DNA from: Candidatus Latescibacterota bacterium
GTDB lineage: Bacteria > Latescibacterota > UBA2968
Assembly: GCA_965116885.1 (NCBI GenBank)
Contig: OZ220741.1
Location: 2,912,001 to 2,976,000 of the forward strand
Direction: 5' to 3'
DNA: 64,000 nt
The notes under the pieces were generated by a model that saw only the letters and a list, made by a program, of their open reading frames with translations, did not search any database and was not told the DNA's origin. The position numbers and the translations under genes were made by a program. This document shows, piece after piece, positions 40,141-50,915 of the stretch. Positions within the stretch are counted from its first letter, which is position 1. Each line of letters starts with the position of its first letter.

Positions 40141-40738
40141 GTGGAAATTTTTCAGTGATCAGCATGATTGGCTTTTTATTGGCGAGCACTCTGTAGGTGC
40201 GGCAGAGAAGAGGTTCCCCTTCAAGGTGTGCGATGTTCTGTGGCATATCTCGTGCGGTTTCATAGCAGCACCACAACAATTCACGGCGGGTTTCCAGTCC
40301 GCTGTTTTGCAAGATCCCTCCCAGTCCCGCAGGATCTGATTCCAATTCGTCCAAGATGCCTTTGGGCAAGTGTTGTGGTACAATGAGAGATGTGGCATAT
40401 GCCTGAATTTTTGGCGTTTCTTTGCCGATTGAGGGGGTTTGTAGTACTACTTGTCGCGCGATGACTGGTGCCCCTGATGGCAGACAGAGCCAGATGTGCT
40501 CGGTGCAGAGTGTCTGTTCCTCCTGGTGGAGAATCGTGACTTCTACCGGTGCGAGTGTATAGGCTTCGATGAGCCTTGTGACGGTGCCGTCGGTGACGAT
40601 TAATGCCCGCTGAAAGGGCGTTAATTGCGCGATGTTGATTTCTCCAGACATTGCTGGCCTTTCGGCTTGTGCGATAAATATATTTTTTACGTGCGTGTCA
40701 GCAAAGGTTGCCGAATTGAAAATTGGATCTGTCTTCAT
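40121..40738 (-). CDS. Chorismate pyruvate-lyase-like (DUF98/UTRA-fold) protein
   Basis: QRALIVTDGTVTRLIEA, RQVVL, AYATS, ETRREL, RTY......PIMLITEKFP. Confidence 0.75.
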   Translation of the reverse strand: MKTDPIFNSATFADTHVKNIFIAQAERPAMSGEINIAQLTPFQRALIVTDGTVTRLIEAYTLAPVEVTILHQEEQTLCTEHIWLCLPSGAPVIARQVVLQTPSIGKETPKIQAYATSLIVPQHLPKGILDELESDPAGLGGILQNSGLETRRELLWCCYETARDMPQNIAHLEGEPLLCRTYRVLANKKPIMLITEKFPLREEVL

Positions 40739-40866
40739 CGAGCTATTGTCCTTTCATATATACAGTTGTTGTGTAACGCAATGCACTTTAGACACATAAG
40801 GACAAAAAAAGTTCTGAAACATTGCATGTGTGATTCTAATCCGTTATTTTGATGGGGAAGAGCGCA

Positions 40867-41631
40867 ATGAGAATAGTTACATGGAATGTAAATGGATTGC
40901 GGGCTGCACTTCGCAAGGGGTTTATGGATCATATTAAAACGCTAAACCCCGATGTGATCCTTTTGCAAGAAATTCGCGTTTTGCCCGAGCAACTATCTGC
41001 GAGAGAACGCAATCCCGAGGGATGGCATGTTATCTGGCATCCGGCCGAGCGCAAGGGCTATGCGGGTACAGCGGTATGGTCTCGCACGCCGTTAAGTGAG
41101 GAAGAGCGCGGTGTGGGAGAGGGCGATTCCGAAGGCCGGATTTTGCGGGTGAGCACTCTGGGGATTCAATTTGTCAGCGTGTACCTGCCTTCGGGATCTT
41201 CAGGCGATGAGCGCCAGGCGATCAAGGAATGCTGGATGGATCGCTTTCGCCTCTGGGCCGATGGCCTGGTCAAAAAACGGGTTCCCATAATTATGGGCGG
41301 TGATTTTAATATCGCGCATACCGAACGCGATATTTTTTATGCTAAAAGCAACGAAAAGAATTCGGGTTTTTTGCCGCATGAACGTGCGTGGATAGGCGAT
41401 CTCATCTCATCGGGCTGGCGCGATTTTACGCGAGAACACTACGGCGATATTCAGGGGCCGTATTCCTGGTGGTCCAATCGGGGAAGAGCGAGGGAATTGG
41501 ACCGCGGCTGGCGCATTGACTATTTGTTGGGCAATGCAGCAGCCGCAAAGCGCGTTCAATCTGCCCATGTTGACCGCGAAGGCGGTTTGACCATATCTGA
41601 TCACGCACCGGTTGTTGTAGATTTGAAATAG
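40867..41631 (+). CDS. xth: Exodeoxyribonuclease III
   Basis: TWNVNGLRA, LQE, GDFNIAH, SGFLPHER, YSWWS.R, GWRIDY, SDHAPV. Confidence 0.95.
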   Translation: MRIVTWNVNGLRAALRKGFMDHIKTLNPDVILLQEIRVLPEQLSARERNPEGWHVIWHPAERKGYAGTAVWSRTPLSEEERGVGEGDSEGRILRVSTLGIQFVSVYLPSGSSGDERQAIKECWMDRFRLWADGLVKKRVPIIMGGDFNIAHTERDIFYAKSNEKNSGFLPHERAWIGDLISSGWRDFTREHYGDIQGPYSWWSNRGRARELDRGWRIDYLLGNAAAAKRVQSAHVDREGGLTISDHAPVVVDLK

Positions 41632-41653
41632 CTAATACACACAGGAGATTTCC

Positions 41654-43084
41654 ATGCACACTCTTGAAAAACATCCTTTTGCAGCGTTATTTGGCATTGA
41701 TGAAAGTGTGTCAGCGCAGGCATTGTCCGAAGCGATGTCCCGAGGTGCCGAATTTGCCGATCTGTATTTTCAGTATGTGCGTACGACGTCTCTCAGTTTA
41801 GAAGATGGCATTATTTCCAGTGCCAATACAGGTATTGATCAAGGCGTGGGGATTCGCGCGGTGATTGGAGATCAGGTTGGCTATGCTTTTTCCGAGAGTT
41901 TAGAAGCAGACGCGATTTATAAGGCTGCCCGGACAGCAGCTGCGATAGCAGAGGGTACAAAGAATATGCCGCCGCAACACTTGCAGGGTAGTGAGGTTGA
42001 TAATTATTACGCGATTGACCGCGATTGGGATGAGGTCAATATTACCGAACGTCTGCCATTGGTGCAAAGTGCAGAGACGATGACTCGCGCAATGGATCCC
42101 TCAATAGAAAAGGTGTCTGTAGGATGGATGGACAGGGATGAGCGCGTGCTCATTGTGACCAGCGATGGTGTTTTCAGTACGGATCGTCGGCCTATGGCGA
42201 CGCTGTATTGCTCGGTGACTGCGAACAAGAATGGCGTGCGGCAGAGCAATGGGGCTTCGGTCTCTCGGCGCGAGGGTATTGACTATTTCACTGGGGAAAA
42301 CATCAGAGCGGTCTGTCAAAAGGCAGTTGATCGCACGATGATTCTCTTTGAGGCGCAGCGCCCACCTGCTGGCGAAATGCCGGTGGTGCTTGCAGCAGGT
42401 GCTTCGGGTATTTTGCTCCACGAGGCGATTGGTCACGGTCTGGAAGCGGATTTCAATCGCAAGGGTACTTCTATTTACGCGACGATGATGAATGAGAAAG
42501 TCGCCCCGGATTTTGTGACGATTGTCGATGATGGTTTGCAGGAAAATGATCGCGGGGCTCTCAATGTAGATGACGAAGGCCAGGCTACTGCGTGTACGAC
42601 GCTTATTGAGAACGGCGTCTTAAAAAGCTATTTGCACGACCGCATTTCGGCAAAACACTACGGGGTTGCGCCCACGGGGTCGGGCCGCCGCGAGAGTTTT
42701 CGGCATGTTCCTATGCCGCGTATGCGATCTACGTATATGCTCGACGGACCCCACACCCGCGACGAGATTATCGGTGCTGTCGATTACGGCATTATTGCCG
42801 ATACCTTTACCAATGGACAGGTGCAAATTGGCGCGGGAGATTTTACTTTTTATATTAAGAATGGATGGCTTATCGAAGGCGGCAAAATTACTGCGCCGAT
42901 CAAGGATGTCAATATTATTGGCAATGGTCCCGAGGCTTTGAAAAATGTGGTTATGGCAGCAGGCGATGCCGTGCTGGACGATGGCAGCTGGACGTGTGGA
43001 AAAAATGGACAGGGTGTGCCCGTTTCGATGGGCGTTCCGACGATGCTGGTGGAAGAGAGTATGACTGTGGGTGGGGTGAACTAA
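41654..43084 (+). CDS. tldD: TldD metalloprotease
   Basis: ILLHEAIGHGLEADFNRKG, DDEG, GRRESF...PMPRM, CGKNGQ.VPV..G.PT. Confidence 0.93.
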   Translation: MHTLEKHPFAALFGIDESVSAQALSEAMSRGAEFADLYFQYVRTTSLSLEDGIISSANTGIDQGVGIRAVIGDQVGYAFSESLEADAIYKAARTAAAIAEGTKNMPPQHLQGSEVDNYYAIDRDWDEVNITERLPLVQSAETMTRAMDPSIEKVSVGWMDRDERVLIVTSDGVFSTDRRPMATLYCSVTANKNGVRQSNGASVSRREGIDYFTGENIRAVCQKAVDRTMILFEAQRPPAGEMPVVLAAGASGILLHEAIGHGLEADFNRKGTSIYATMMNEKVAPDFVTIVDDGLQENDRGALNVDDEGQATACTTLIENGVLKSYLHDRISAKHYGVAPTGSGRRESFRHVPMPRMRSTYMLDGPHTRDEIIGAVDYGIIADTFTNGQVQIGAGDFTFYIKNGWLIEGGKITAPIKDVNIIGNGPEALKNVVMAAGDAVLDDGSWTCGKNGQGVPVSMGVPTMLVEESMTVGGVN

Positions 43085-44401
43085 ATGGAACGAGAACTTC
43101 TCCAACAGGCAGAACGAGCGATCGAGCAGGCGCGCAGGGCGGGGGCAAATGATGCGATAGCGCGGGTGCGGGATGAAAACAGCACGGAGTACACGTATCG
43201 CGATGGCAATATCGAGCAGGTTCAACAAAGTGCTACCCGCGGCTTGAGCATTCAATTGTATGTCAATGGGCGGTATTCGACACATCAGACCTCGGATTTG
43301 CGCGCGGCGTCAGTTGCCCGGTTTATCGAAGATGCGGTTGCGCTGACGCAACATCTGGCCGAAGATCCGCATCGCGTTATTCCCGATGCTGCGTTGTATG
43401 CAAATCGTCCGGATACCGATCTTCAATCCGATGATGCAGTGGTGCGCGATTTGCCCCGCGAAGCGTGTATTGATTGGCTAAAAAAGATGGATGCTGTCAC
43501 CCATATAGATGACCGCGTGGTGAGTGCTTCCGCTGGTGCCTACTATGGTTGGAATACGTCGGCTCGGGTGAGTTCAAATGGATTTTCGGGGATACAGAGC
43601 GGGACTTCGATAGGCTATGGTGCGAGTGTGACGCTCAAAGAGGGCGAGCATGGGCGTCCCGAAGATCATCGCTATGTGCGGGCACATCATTTGTCGGATT
43701 TGCCCGATCCTGAGACGGTTGCGCGCGAGGGCCTCGATCGCGCGATTTCCCGATTGGGCAGTGAAAAAGCACCGAGCGAGCGGGCGACTATGGTGGTTGA
43801 TCCCGAAGCGGGCGGGCGTTTGATTGGCGCGATATGGGGCGCGTTGCAGGCGCGCAGCGTTCAGCAGAACCGGTCTTTTCTCGCTGATAAAAAAGACGCG
43901 CAGATTGCCAGTTCGCTCCTGACGGTGACAGATGATCCTCTGATGGTGCGCGGTCTCGCATCTCGGCATTACGATGGCGAGGGCATTTCGACAAAGTGCA
44001 GATGCGTCATCGATCAGGGCGTTTTGCAAATGTATTACGTCGATACGTATTACGGGCGCAAACTCGGCTGGGAGCCTTCAACGGGAACGTCGTCCAATCT
44101 CGTTTTTGCGCCGGGCAATAAAGATCTCAATGGCCTGGTTTCAGAGATTAAAGACGGCTTTCACGTCACGTCGTGGCTCGGCGGCAATGCCGATACGACG
44201 ACTGGAGATTTTTCTTATGGTTTTCGCGGCTTTCGCATTGCCAACGGGCAGAAAACAGGTGCGGTATCGGAAATGAATATCGCTGGCAATTTTCTCGATC
44301 TGTTGCAAAATCTCGTCGCTGTGGGCAATGATCCCAATGTCTATTCCAGTATGCAGACGCCCACTTTGGTTTTTGACAATGTGGCGTTTAGCGGGAAGTA
44401 A
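43085..44401 (+). CDS. pmbA: PmbA/TldE protein
   Basis: DGEG, TGDFS.G..GF, EMNIAGN; lacks HExxxH; directly follows tldD. Confidence 0.9.
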   Translation: MERELLQQAERAIEQARRAGANDAIARVRDENSTEYTYRDGNIEQVQQSATRGLSIQLYVNGRYSTHQTSDLRAASVARFIEDAVALTQHLAEDPHRVIPDAALYANRPDTDLQSDDAVVRDLPREACIDWLKKMDAVTHIDDRVVSASAGAYYGWNTSARVSSNGFSGIQSGTSIGYGASVTLKEGEHGRPEDHRYVRAHHLSDLPDPETVAREGLDRAISRLGSEKAPSERATMVVDPEAGGRLIGAIWGALQARSVQQNRSFLADKKDAQIASSLLTVTDDPLMVRGLASRHYDGEGISTKCRCVIDQGVLQMYYVDTYYGRKLGWEPSTGTSSNLVFAPGNKDLNGLVSEIKDGFHVTSWLGGNADTTTGDFSYGFRGFRIANGQKTGAVSEMNIAGNFLDLLQNLVAVGNDPNVYSSMQTPTLVFDNVAFSGK

Positions 44402-44429
44402 TAAAGAGTGGCATTAGAGAGGGAAAATA

Positions 44430-45710
44430 ATGTCTGCCGCAAAAACGCCGCGCCATATTGCATTGGATATTCTCTGCCGCGTTGAACGGGGCGCATATCT
44501 CGACCGCTTGCTCGACGCACAACGCGAGCATATTCGCGATCCCGATGGCGATTTGCTTCAACATCTCGTGCGGGGTACGCTGACCTATCGGGCGCGGCTC
44601 GACCATATTTTGACGCCCTATCTCAAAAAATCCCTGTCCAGACAGCACGCAAAACTCCGCAATCTCCTGCGCCTGGGGGTTTATCAACTCCAGTATCTCG
44701 ACCGCGTGCCGCCTTATGCGGTTGTTTCTGAATCTGTTATTCTCGCCCGTCACATTCTCGGGGAGCCGATTGCGAAATTGGTCAATGCCGTGTTGCGCGG
44801 TGTGGCCGAAAATCGCAAGCCTGTTGTTTTTCCCGATTTTGATCGCAATCCCGTCGAATATCTCGCCATCGCGACATCACATCCCCGGTGGCTCGTTGCG
44901 CGGTGGGTCAAACGCTATGGCGTGGATGAAACACGCGCCCTGTGTGAATTTGACAATGCCCAACCCGCCCTCACTGTTCGCCCCAATGCGTTGCGAACGA
45001 CGCCCGATGCCCTGCGCGAACAACTCGCGCTCGAAGGGATTGACACCGAATTTGCAGCGTCCGATCTTCTCACAGTATCTCAGGCGGGCCACCTTTTTCA
45101 GAGCAGGGCTTATTGCGATGGCCTCTTTAGCGTTCAAGGCGCGGGGGCTGCGATGGTTGTTCCCCTGCTCGATCCCCAACCCGGCGAGGCTGTTCTCGAT
45201 TTGTGTAGTGCGCCCGGTGGTAAAGCCACTGCTATGGCGGAGCGCATGAAGAATCGGGGTTTTATTTTCGCTATAGATCTCTATCCGCGCCGTCTCGAAA
45301 TATTAAAACAAAACACGCATCGGCTCGGAGTTAAATGTGTTTATCCACTCGCTGCCGATGCGCGTTATCTGGCTGTCAACCGCTTATTTGATCGGGTTCT
45401 GGTCGATGTGCCCTGTTCTTCGCTGGGTATTTTGAATCACCATCCCGACTTGCGCTGGCGGGAGTGTGATATTCACGGTCTTGCGCGTTTGCAGCGTGCC
45501 CTTATCGAACGCGCTGCCGATTACATGCGCCCGGGCGGTGTTCTCGTCTATAGTACTTGTACCCTTGAACCGGAGGAAAATGAGCGCGTTGTCGAAGGCT
45601 TTTTAAGCGATCATCCGGGCTTTCAGATTACCCATCCCTATCTGCAATTGCTACCCCATCAAACTGGTAATGACGGTGTTTTTGCCGCGCGGTTGGAGCG
45701 CTCCGTTTAG
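44430..45710 (+). CDS. rsmB: 16S rRNA m5C967 methyltransferase
   Basis: NusB-like N terminus (VNAVLR), SHPRWL, DLCSAPGGK, DVPCS, YSTCT...EEN. Confidence 0.93.
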   Translation: MSAAKTPRHIALDILCRVERGAYLDRLLDAQREHIRDPDGDLLQHLVRGTLTYRARLDHILTPYLKKSLSRQHAKLRNLLRLGVYQLQYLDRVPPYAVVSESVILARHILGEPIAKLVNAVLRGVAENRKPVVFPDFDRNPVEYLAIATSHPRWLVARWVKRYGVDETRALCEFDNAQPALTVRPNALRTTPDALREQLALEGIDTEFAASDLLTVSQAGHLFQSRAYCDGLFSVQGAGAAMVVPLLDPQPGEAVLDLCSAPGGKATAMAERMKNRGFIFAIDLYPRRLEILKQNTHRLGVKCVYPLAADARYLAVNRLFDRVLVDVPCSSLGILNHHPDLRWRECDIHGLARLQRALIERAADYMRPGGVLVYSTCTLEPEENERVVEGFLSDHPGFQITHPYLQLLPHQTGNDGVFAARLERSV

Positions 45711-47191
45711 GTCAACTCGTAGTGTCTGGAGTCAGGTCGAGGCACTGGCCGGGCATCTTCGGTGTTGATACTCCAGTCGGCCAGTCGCAGTCGCATGTCG
45801 GCGAGTTCGTCGCGATGTTGTTCTTCATCGATCACATTGACCAATTCGCCTGGATCGGCGACGAGGTCATAGAGTTCGTCGCGATCTCCCATGGGGTCGT
45901 GGACGTACTTCCACTGGCGGGTGCGGACCATCTTGCACCGACCGGCTGCCTCGCGCCACTGCAAGGTGTCAATCAGGGTCTTGCGGCCCCAGGGTTGGGG
46001 TAGCTTTTCCAGGTCGGCCGTGGTAAAGAGCGGTCCTCCACTTCCGTATTCGGAAAAAGTCGCGTCTCGAGGTGCGGCTTCGGTTACAGTGGGCAGCGGT
46101 ATTCCGTGCATGGAATGCGGCTGTGCCAGCCCTTGCAATTGTAACAGCGTGGGGACCACATCGATCAGATTGGCCATGCTCTGATCGCGTACCCCGGCGG
46201 TGACCTGTCCGGGCCAGGAGACGATTAGCGGCACCCGCGTCAGGCTGTCGTAGAAGACCCCACCCTTGCACTGCATGGCGTGTTCCCCCATAAAGTCGCC
46301 GTGGTCCGAACAAAAGACCACAATCGTCTGTTCTCGCAGCCCCAGTGCGTCGAGTTTGTCGAGTATTTGACCGAGCGCGTCGTCGATAAAGCGCACCATA
46401 CCAAAATACGAGGCCATAACGCCGTAGAGATCTTCAATCGAGTCGCGGCGCACCCCCAGCATTTGGTAAAGTGCTCGGTTGCGCTCGGGGGCGCGTTCAT
46501 CGTCAAATTCGTCGTCACGCCAGGGGGGAAGGTCAATGTTCTCGGGCGGAAACAAGGCCGCGTATTCGGCCGGGCACAGCCACGGTTCGTGTGGATCGGG
46601 AAAGGAAACCCACAGGGCAAAGGGCTGATCGCGATGCTTTTCGATAAAGCGCGTCGTCTGTCCAGCGATCAGGCCGGTGGAGTGATCCTCTAACGGCAGT
46701 TCGGAGGTGCCGTAGCTGAAGCGGGGGTTCTGATGGGGGAGTTGGCGATGTGCGGCGGCGACTTTGCGACGACCTTCTGCAGGCCGGAACCAGTCCATGC
46801 CCCGCGTCTCTTCGCCGCGACCGCCGTGGGTAAAGGGGTTCCACACGTCGAAGAGTGCCAAATCCTCCTCCTGCTGGAAGCAGTGGTTTTTGCCGATCAG
46901 GCCCGTGGCGTAGCCCGCCGCTTTCCAGAGTTGCCAGGCGTGTTCGGCACCGGCTGGCATCAAGGTCTGGTTGCGTCGGCCCCCGTGCGAGTGGGGAAAT
47001 TGCGAGGTCCAAAATGAGATGCGCGCCGGCACACAGAGCGGGTGTGGGGTGATGGCGTTTTCAAAGAGCACGCCGTCGGCTGATAGGCGTTCCATTGACG
47101 GGGTTTGGCAAAAGGTGTTGCCGTAGAGGTGGCTGGCCGTGGCGCGCTGTTGGTCGGTCATGATTACCAGGATGTTGGGGCGGTCAGTCAT
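45707..47191 (-). CDS. Formylglycine-dependent sulfatase family hydrolase
   Basis: RPNILVIMTDQQR, CVPAR (CxPxR), GKNH, PDPHEP, SDHGD, ELYDL..DPGE. Confidence 0.93.
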   Translation of the reverse strand: MTDRPNILVIMTDQQRATASHLYGNTFCQTPSMERLSADGVLFENAITPHPLCVPARISFWTSQFPHSHGGRRNQTLMPAGAEHAWQLWKAAGYATGLIGKNHCFQQEEDLALFDVWNPFTHGGRGEETRGMDWFRPAEGRRKVAAAHRQLPHQNPRFSYGTSELPLEDHSTGLIAGQTTRFIEKHRDQPFALWVSFPDPHEPWLCPAEYAALFPPENIDLPPWRDDEFDDERAPERNRALYQMLGVRRDSIEDLYGVMASYFGMVRFIDDALGQILDKLDALGLREQTIVVFCSDHGDFMGEHAMQCKGGVFYDSLTRVPLIVSWPGQVTAGVRDQSMANLIDVVPTLLQLQGLAQPHSMHGIPLPTVTEAAPRDATFSEYGSGGPLFTTADLEKLPQPWGRKTLIDTLQWREAAGRCKMVRTRQWKYVHDPMGDRDELYDLVADPGELVNVIDEEQHRDELADMRLRLADWSINTEDARPVPRPDSRHYELT

Positions 47192-47210
47192 GGTGTTCTG
47201 CCTCGTTTTT

Positions 47211-48473
47211 TTATGCGGTTGCCGACATGGCTTTGCTCAATATTTCCGATGTGCTCGGGCGCATGATTCGGGGATCGACTTGTTCGCCATTGCTGAGTGT
47301 GTCGCGCACTTGAGAGCCTGAGATAAAGACCGGTTGTTCATCGGGGTGATTTTCCATCAAATCCACGCGCCCGAGTGATTCGTAATAGGCGGCAAATCCC
47401 ACGTTTACGGGCTGAATTTGGAGGTCGCCATTCAGTTGCTCAAAAATTTCCTGTGCATCGAAGTCCCCCCAGATCGCGCTGCCGTCGTGATAGGGGGCAT
47501 CGGCGTGTTTGCGGCCGATAATGATGTCGGTAAATCCAAAGTTCTGGCGATAAATGGCGTGCATGACGGCTTCTTTGGGGCCAGCGTAGAACATTTTGAT
47601 ATCCAGTCCGAGCAAGATTACTCTGTCCGGTACGGATTCCCCGCGTTTTTGCCAGAGTTCCACATCGCTATCCCCTTCGCCCAGTCCCCGAGATGCGATG
47701 AGTGCTTCGTAAGTTTGCATGCGAATTTCTGCGTTCACGTCGTCCGATTTGGTTTCGCCCACGAGGGGATTTAAGCACGCACCTGCGTTGTGTCCCTGGC
47801 GCAGGAGGGTTTCCAGGCCATATACCAGCGCGTATTCGTGTGCCCGATGCAGGGCATTGCGCGTTTGAAATGCCACAACGCGGTTCCAGCCTTTCTGGAC
47901 CAGGAGGGGTCTGACTTCTCGCGGGCTGAGTACGTATTGTCCAAAATGTGGGTTTTTGGGTTGGGGAAGTACCTGAATTTCACCGCCTATGAGATGGGTT
48001 TTGTCGGCATCGCCATTCAGAACCATATCGGCACCTGGATGGTCTGTGCGGTCCGTTAAATATACGCGCTGGAGATATTTGGTTTTATCCCATTCGAAGA
48101 TGTCGCTGATGTCCAGTACCGCCACTATTTCGCCAGATGTGTTTTCCAATGCGACTTTCTGGCCAATCGAAAGTGTTTGGGCAAGATTGGGACTCACGGG
48201 TAGTGATATTGGGATCGTCCAGGCATAGCGCTTGCCATCTACTTCGATGACGGATTCGTCGAGCACTCGATGATATGTTTGTGCATCCATCGGTCCTGTA
48301 AGCGGACTCAATCCGCCGTCGCCAAAACGATAGACCGAGGATAGATCTGCATCGCTGACCGGGACGCGCGTCAGTCCGTTTGCTCTGGATAAAAATGTTT
48401 CAACATCTACTACCAGACGATTGACCGGTTCGGATAGACCACCGTGGGGTGCAATCAAGGGTGTGTCGGACAT
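47211..48473 (-). CDS. sat: Sulfate adenylyltransferase (ATP sulfurylase)
   Basis: [55 protein letters not shown]; start set at ATG 48473. Confidence 0.93.
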   Translation of the reverse strand: MSDTPLIAPHGGLSEPVNRLVVDVETFLSRANGLTRVPVSDADLSSVYRFGDGGLSPLTGPMDAQTYHRVLDESVIEVDGKRYAWTIPISLPVSPNLAQTLSIGQKVALENTSGEIVAVLDISDIFEWDKTKYLQRVYLTDRTDHPGADMVLNGDADKTHLIGGEIQVLPQPKNPHFGQYVLSPREVRPLLVQKGWNRVVAFQTRNALHRAHEYALVYGLETLLRQGHNAGACLNPLVGETKSDDVNAEIRMQTYEALIASRGLGEGDSDVELWQKRGESVPDRVILLGLDIKMFYAGPKEAVMHAIYRQNFGFTDIIIGRKHADAPYHDGSAIWGDFDAQEIFEQLNGDLQIQPVNVGFAAYYESLGRVDLMENHPDEQPVFISGSQVRDTLSNGEQVDPRIMRPSTSEILSKAMSATA

Positions 48474-48576
48474 TTGGGTAAACCTCCAGTGTTGTTTTTG
48501 ATATTCTTGATTCACTAAGTAATGAATATATCTTTGACCTGTTTTCTGTCAAGAAAGAAAGCGGTTTTTGGCTTCT

Positions 48577-49632
48577 TCAACGCAATTCATCCCATTTGAA
48601 TTCCAGGCGGATGAGATCCGGGGGCGATTCGCGGAGGTGGAGAGATTTATAGGTTATGACGTTGAAATACACTTTTTGGGCGCGCGTTGTGAAATAAGGC
48701 ATCGCATAGTACCCGTCGGGTACAATCGCGCCTTCGTAATTATCCAATATGGCATAGGTGAGGATGCCGAGTGATTCGGGATCGAACTTGAAGAGACACA
48801 ATTTCATGCCGCGTATCGCTTCCATGTAATTTCTACCGATGAAGTAGTAGCCGCCATCTCGCTCGAAAAGTCGCGGTCTGCCTATCTGGGCGCGTATGAA
48901 TTTGTAGGTTTCCGTCAGGTTCACTTCTCTGATTAATCGGAACGATTCATCGGTAAAATGCATTCGCTGGATGCCGTCCAGCCCCCGCGTGTTGAAGATG
49001 TATCCGTCTTCATATCGCAGGAAGGATGTTTCGTTGATGGGGGCGTTACCAAAGGTTTGTGTGAGGTTTGCCACAAACTGCCAGCTTTTTCCATTGTCAT
49101 CGGATCGAATCACATCCACATTCGGACTGTTATTCCGATAATGCCGGTAGGGCGTCAGGAGCATATAGGTCGTTTCTCTTTCTGTCAGGGATTCAAACGC
49201 ATAGACATATTCCGTACCGTTGATGGGACCGAGTTTTTCGCCCCCTTCAAAATGCACGCCATTATCTGAAGACCGATACGCAAGTAGCCCGAATTTGTCT
49301 TTTGAATTTGGGAAATGGGGATCTACGTACAGGCCAATATCCCCATTGGCGAATCGGACAAATTCTCCGTTCTGGATCGTGAATCCATTCAGGTGTGCGA
49401 CAATTTTTCGATCTGAAATTGTTCCCGTGGTGGGATTGTAGCGAAACATCTCCCAGTCAGCCGCTGGTTCTGTGTTGTGCCGGGTGCCGCGTTTGTAGGC
49501 GATCAGGACATTATTCTCGTCCAGAAACAAGAGGTGTGGGGCTTTCACATAGGGTAGCGTTTTTTGTTCTGCTGCCCGTATCAGGATTTCCTGGGTTTTG
49601 TAATGAGGCAGGATGGGGATATGAGGTCTCAT
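48577..49632 (-). CDS. Asp-box (BNR) sialidase-like beta-propeller protein
   Basis: SSDNGVHF and SDDNGKSW Asp-box motifs, NETS. Confidence 0.6.
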   Translation of the reverse strand: MRPHIPILPHYKTQEILIRAAEQKTLPYVKAPHLLFLDENNVLIAYKRGTRHNTEPAADWEMFRYNPTTGTISDRKIVAHLNGFTIQNGEFVRFANGDIGLYVDPHFPNSKDKFGLLAYRSSDNGVHFEGGEKLGPINGTEYVYAFESLTERETTYMLLTPYRHYRNNSPNVDVIRSDDNGKSWQFVANLTQTFGNAPINETSFLRYEDGYIFNTRGLDGIQRMHFTDESFRLIREVNLTETYKFIRAQIGRPRLFERDGGYYFIGRNYMEAIRGMKLCLFKFDPESLGILTYAILDNYEGAIVPDGYYAMPYFTTRAQKVYFNVITYKSLHLRESPPDLIRLEFKWDELR

Positions 49633-49641
49633 AGTATTTTT

Positions 49642-50250
49642 CTACTGACAGTTGTCGCCCGCAAAAAAGGGGATGCCCTGAAGCCACGCCTGAAAGGCAG
49701 TATTGAGCGGCGCGCATAGCTCCGTGTCTTGAAAGATGAATTCCTTCAGGTTCGTCAGGTTTGTCAGGCTCTGCGGGAGTGGACCTGTCAGGCCATTCTG
49801 GTCGAGATACAGTCCCGTGAGGTTGGATAGGTTGCTCAATTCAGAGGGGACTGATCCGCTCAATGCATTTTGGGAAAGATACAGGTCCGTGAGGTTGGCC
49901 AGATTGCCCAATTCGGATGGGATCGGGCCGTGCAACTGATTGTCGGAAAGATTCAGTGTTTTGAGGTTGGACAGGTTGCCCAATGCCCCGGGGAGTTCGC
50001 CCGTCAGGTTATTGTTGGCGAGGTCCAGGGATATGATCTGTTCGTTAGAAATTGTGATGCCATGCCAGGTCGAAAGGTCGCTGTCGCTCAGCCAATTTGT
50101 CCTGTTCGTCCAGTTTGCTCCATCGGTGGCATTATACAGGACCACCAGTACATCGCGGTCTGCCGCCAATGATTGTTCTGGTCCCGTGCTGTTATTTTTA
50201 CAACTGAAAAGGAGAAATACCAGCATAATGTAAGTGGGGAATGGTCGCAT
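49642..50250 (-). CDS. Leucine-rich repeat lipoprotein
   Basis: Lipobox LFSC; cap DRDVLVVLYNATDGANW...NW; 24-aa repeats L.L..N.L.G.IP.ELGNL.NL. Confidence 0.9.
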   Translation of the reverse strand: MRPFPTYIMLVFLLFSCKNNSTGPEQSLAADRDVLVVLYNATDGANWTNRTNWLSDSDLSTWHGITISNEQIISLDLANNNLTGELPGALGNLSNLKTLNLSDNQLHGPIPSELGNLANLTDLYLSQNALSGSVPSELSNLSNLTGLYLDQNGLTGPLPQSLTNLTNLKEFIFQDTELCAPLNTAFQAWLQGIPFFAGDNCQ

Positions 50251-50270
50251 TATGCCATCCTAATATAAGA

Positions 50271-50307
50271 AAACAGGCACTTGCGAGAATATGCGTAAGT
50301 GCCTGTT
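50271..50307 (-). terminator. Intrinsic terminator after tRNA-Lys
   Basis: AACAGGCACTTGCG...CGTAAGTGCCTGTT hairpin followed by a T tract on the minus strand. Confidence 0.7.
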
Positions 50308-50313
50308 GGATTA

Positions 50314-50389
<76 letters not shown>

Positions 50390-50410
50390 GTTTTTTTATG
50401 TGCGATTGGA

Positions 50411-50439
50411 AATGTAAAGAAGCCTTTGCGCGATGTCAA
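50411..50439 (-). promoter_or_regulatory. Sigma70-type promoter of tRNA-Lys
   Basis: TTGACA-N17-TACATT, overlapping the moaC stop codon. Confidence 0.65.
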
Positions 50440-50909
50440 GTCTTGCGAATGTAAGTTCCGCTGCGTCCACCGCTTTTTTGCAAGAGACAGATTTCTCCGA
50501 TGACCATGTTGCGATCTACTGCTTTGCACATGTCGTATATGGTCAATAGGGCGACACTTACCGCGGTGAGCGCTTCCATTTCGACACCTGTGCGGTCGGG
50601 TACGCGCACGGTTGCACGCGCTGTAATGCTCATGTCCTCGATTTCAAAATTGAGTTCGACGCCCGTAATGCCCAGTGGATGACACATTGGAATGAGTTCA
50701 GAGGTGCGTTTGGCGGCCATGATGCCCGCAATGCGCGCGGTTTCCAGCACATTGCCTTTGGGTATGTTTCCCCCAGTGACGAGTTGCAGGGTTTCGGGCT
50801 GCATTTCAATTTTTCCCGATGCGATTGCTTCGCGGTCTGTCACATCTTTGTCTGTGACATCCACCATCTTTACGGATCCCTTTTCGTCAATATGTGTCAA
50901 TTTTGCCAT
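50436..50909 (-). CDS. moaC: Cyclic pyranopterin monophosphate synthase
   Basis: LTH.D..G...MVDV, LIPMCHP, TGVEMEAL, IYDMCKAVD, KSGG.SG. Confidence 0.97.
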   Translation of the reverse strand: MAKLTHIDEKGSVKMVDVTDKDVTDREAIASGKIEMQPETLQLVTGGNIPKGNVLETARIAGIMAAKRTSELIPMCHPLGITGVELNFEIEDMSITARATVRVPDRTGVEMEALTAVSVALLTIYDMCKAVDRNMVIGEICLLQKSGGRSGTYIRKT

Positions 50910-50915
50910 GATCTT

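Noticed and set aside
41654..44401. TldD/PmbA as part of a RiPP gene cluster
   Set aside because: No precursor peptide, YcaO or other modifying genes nearby; neighbours are xth and rsmB.
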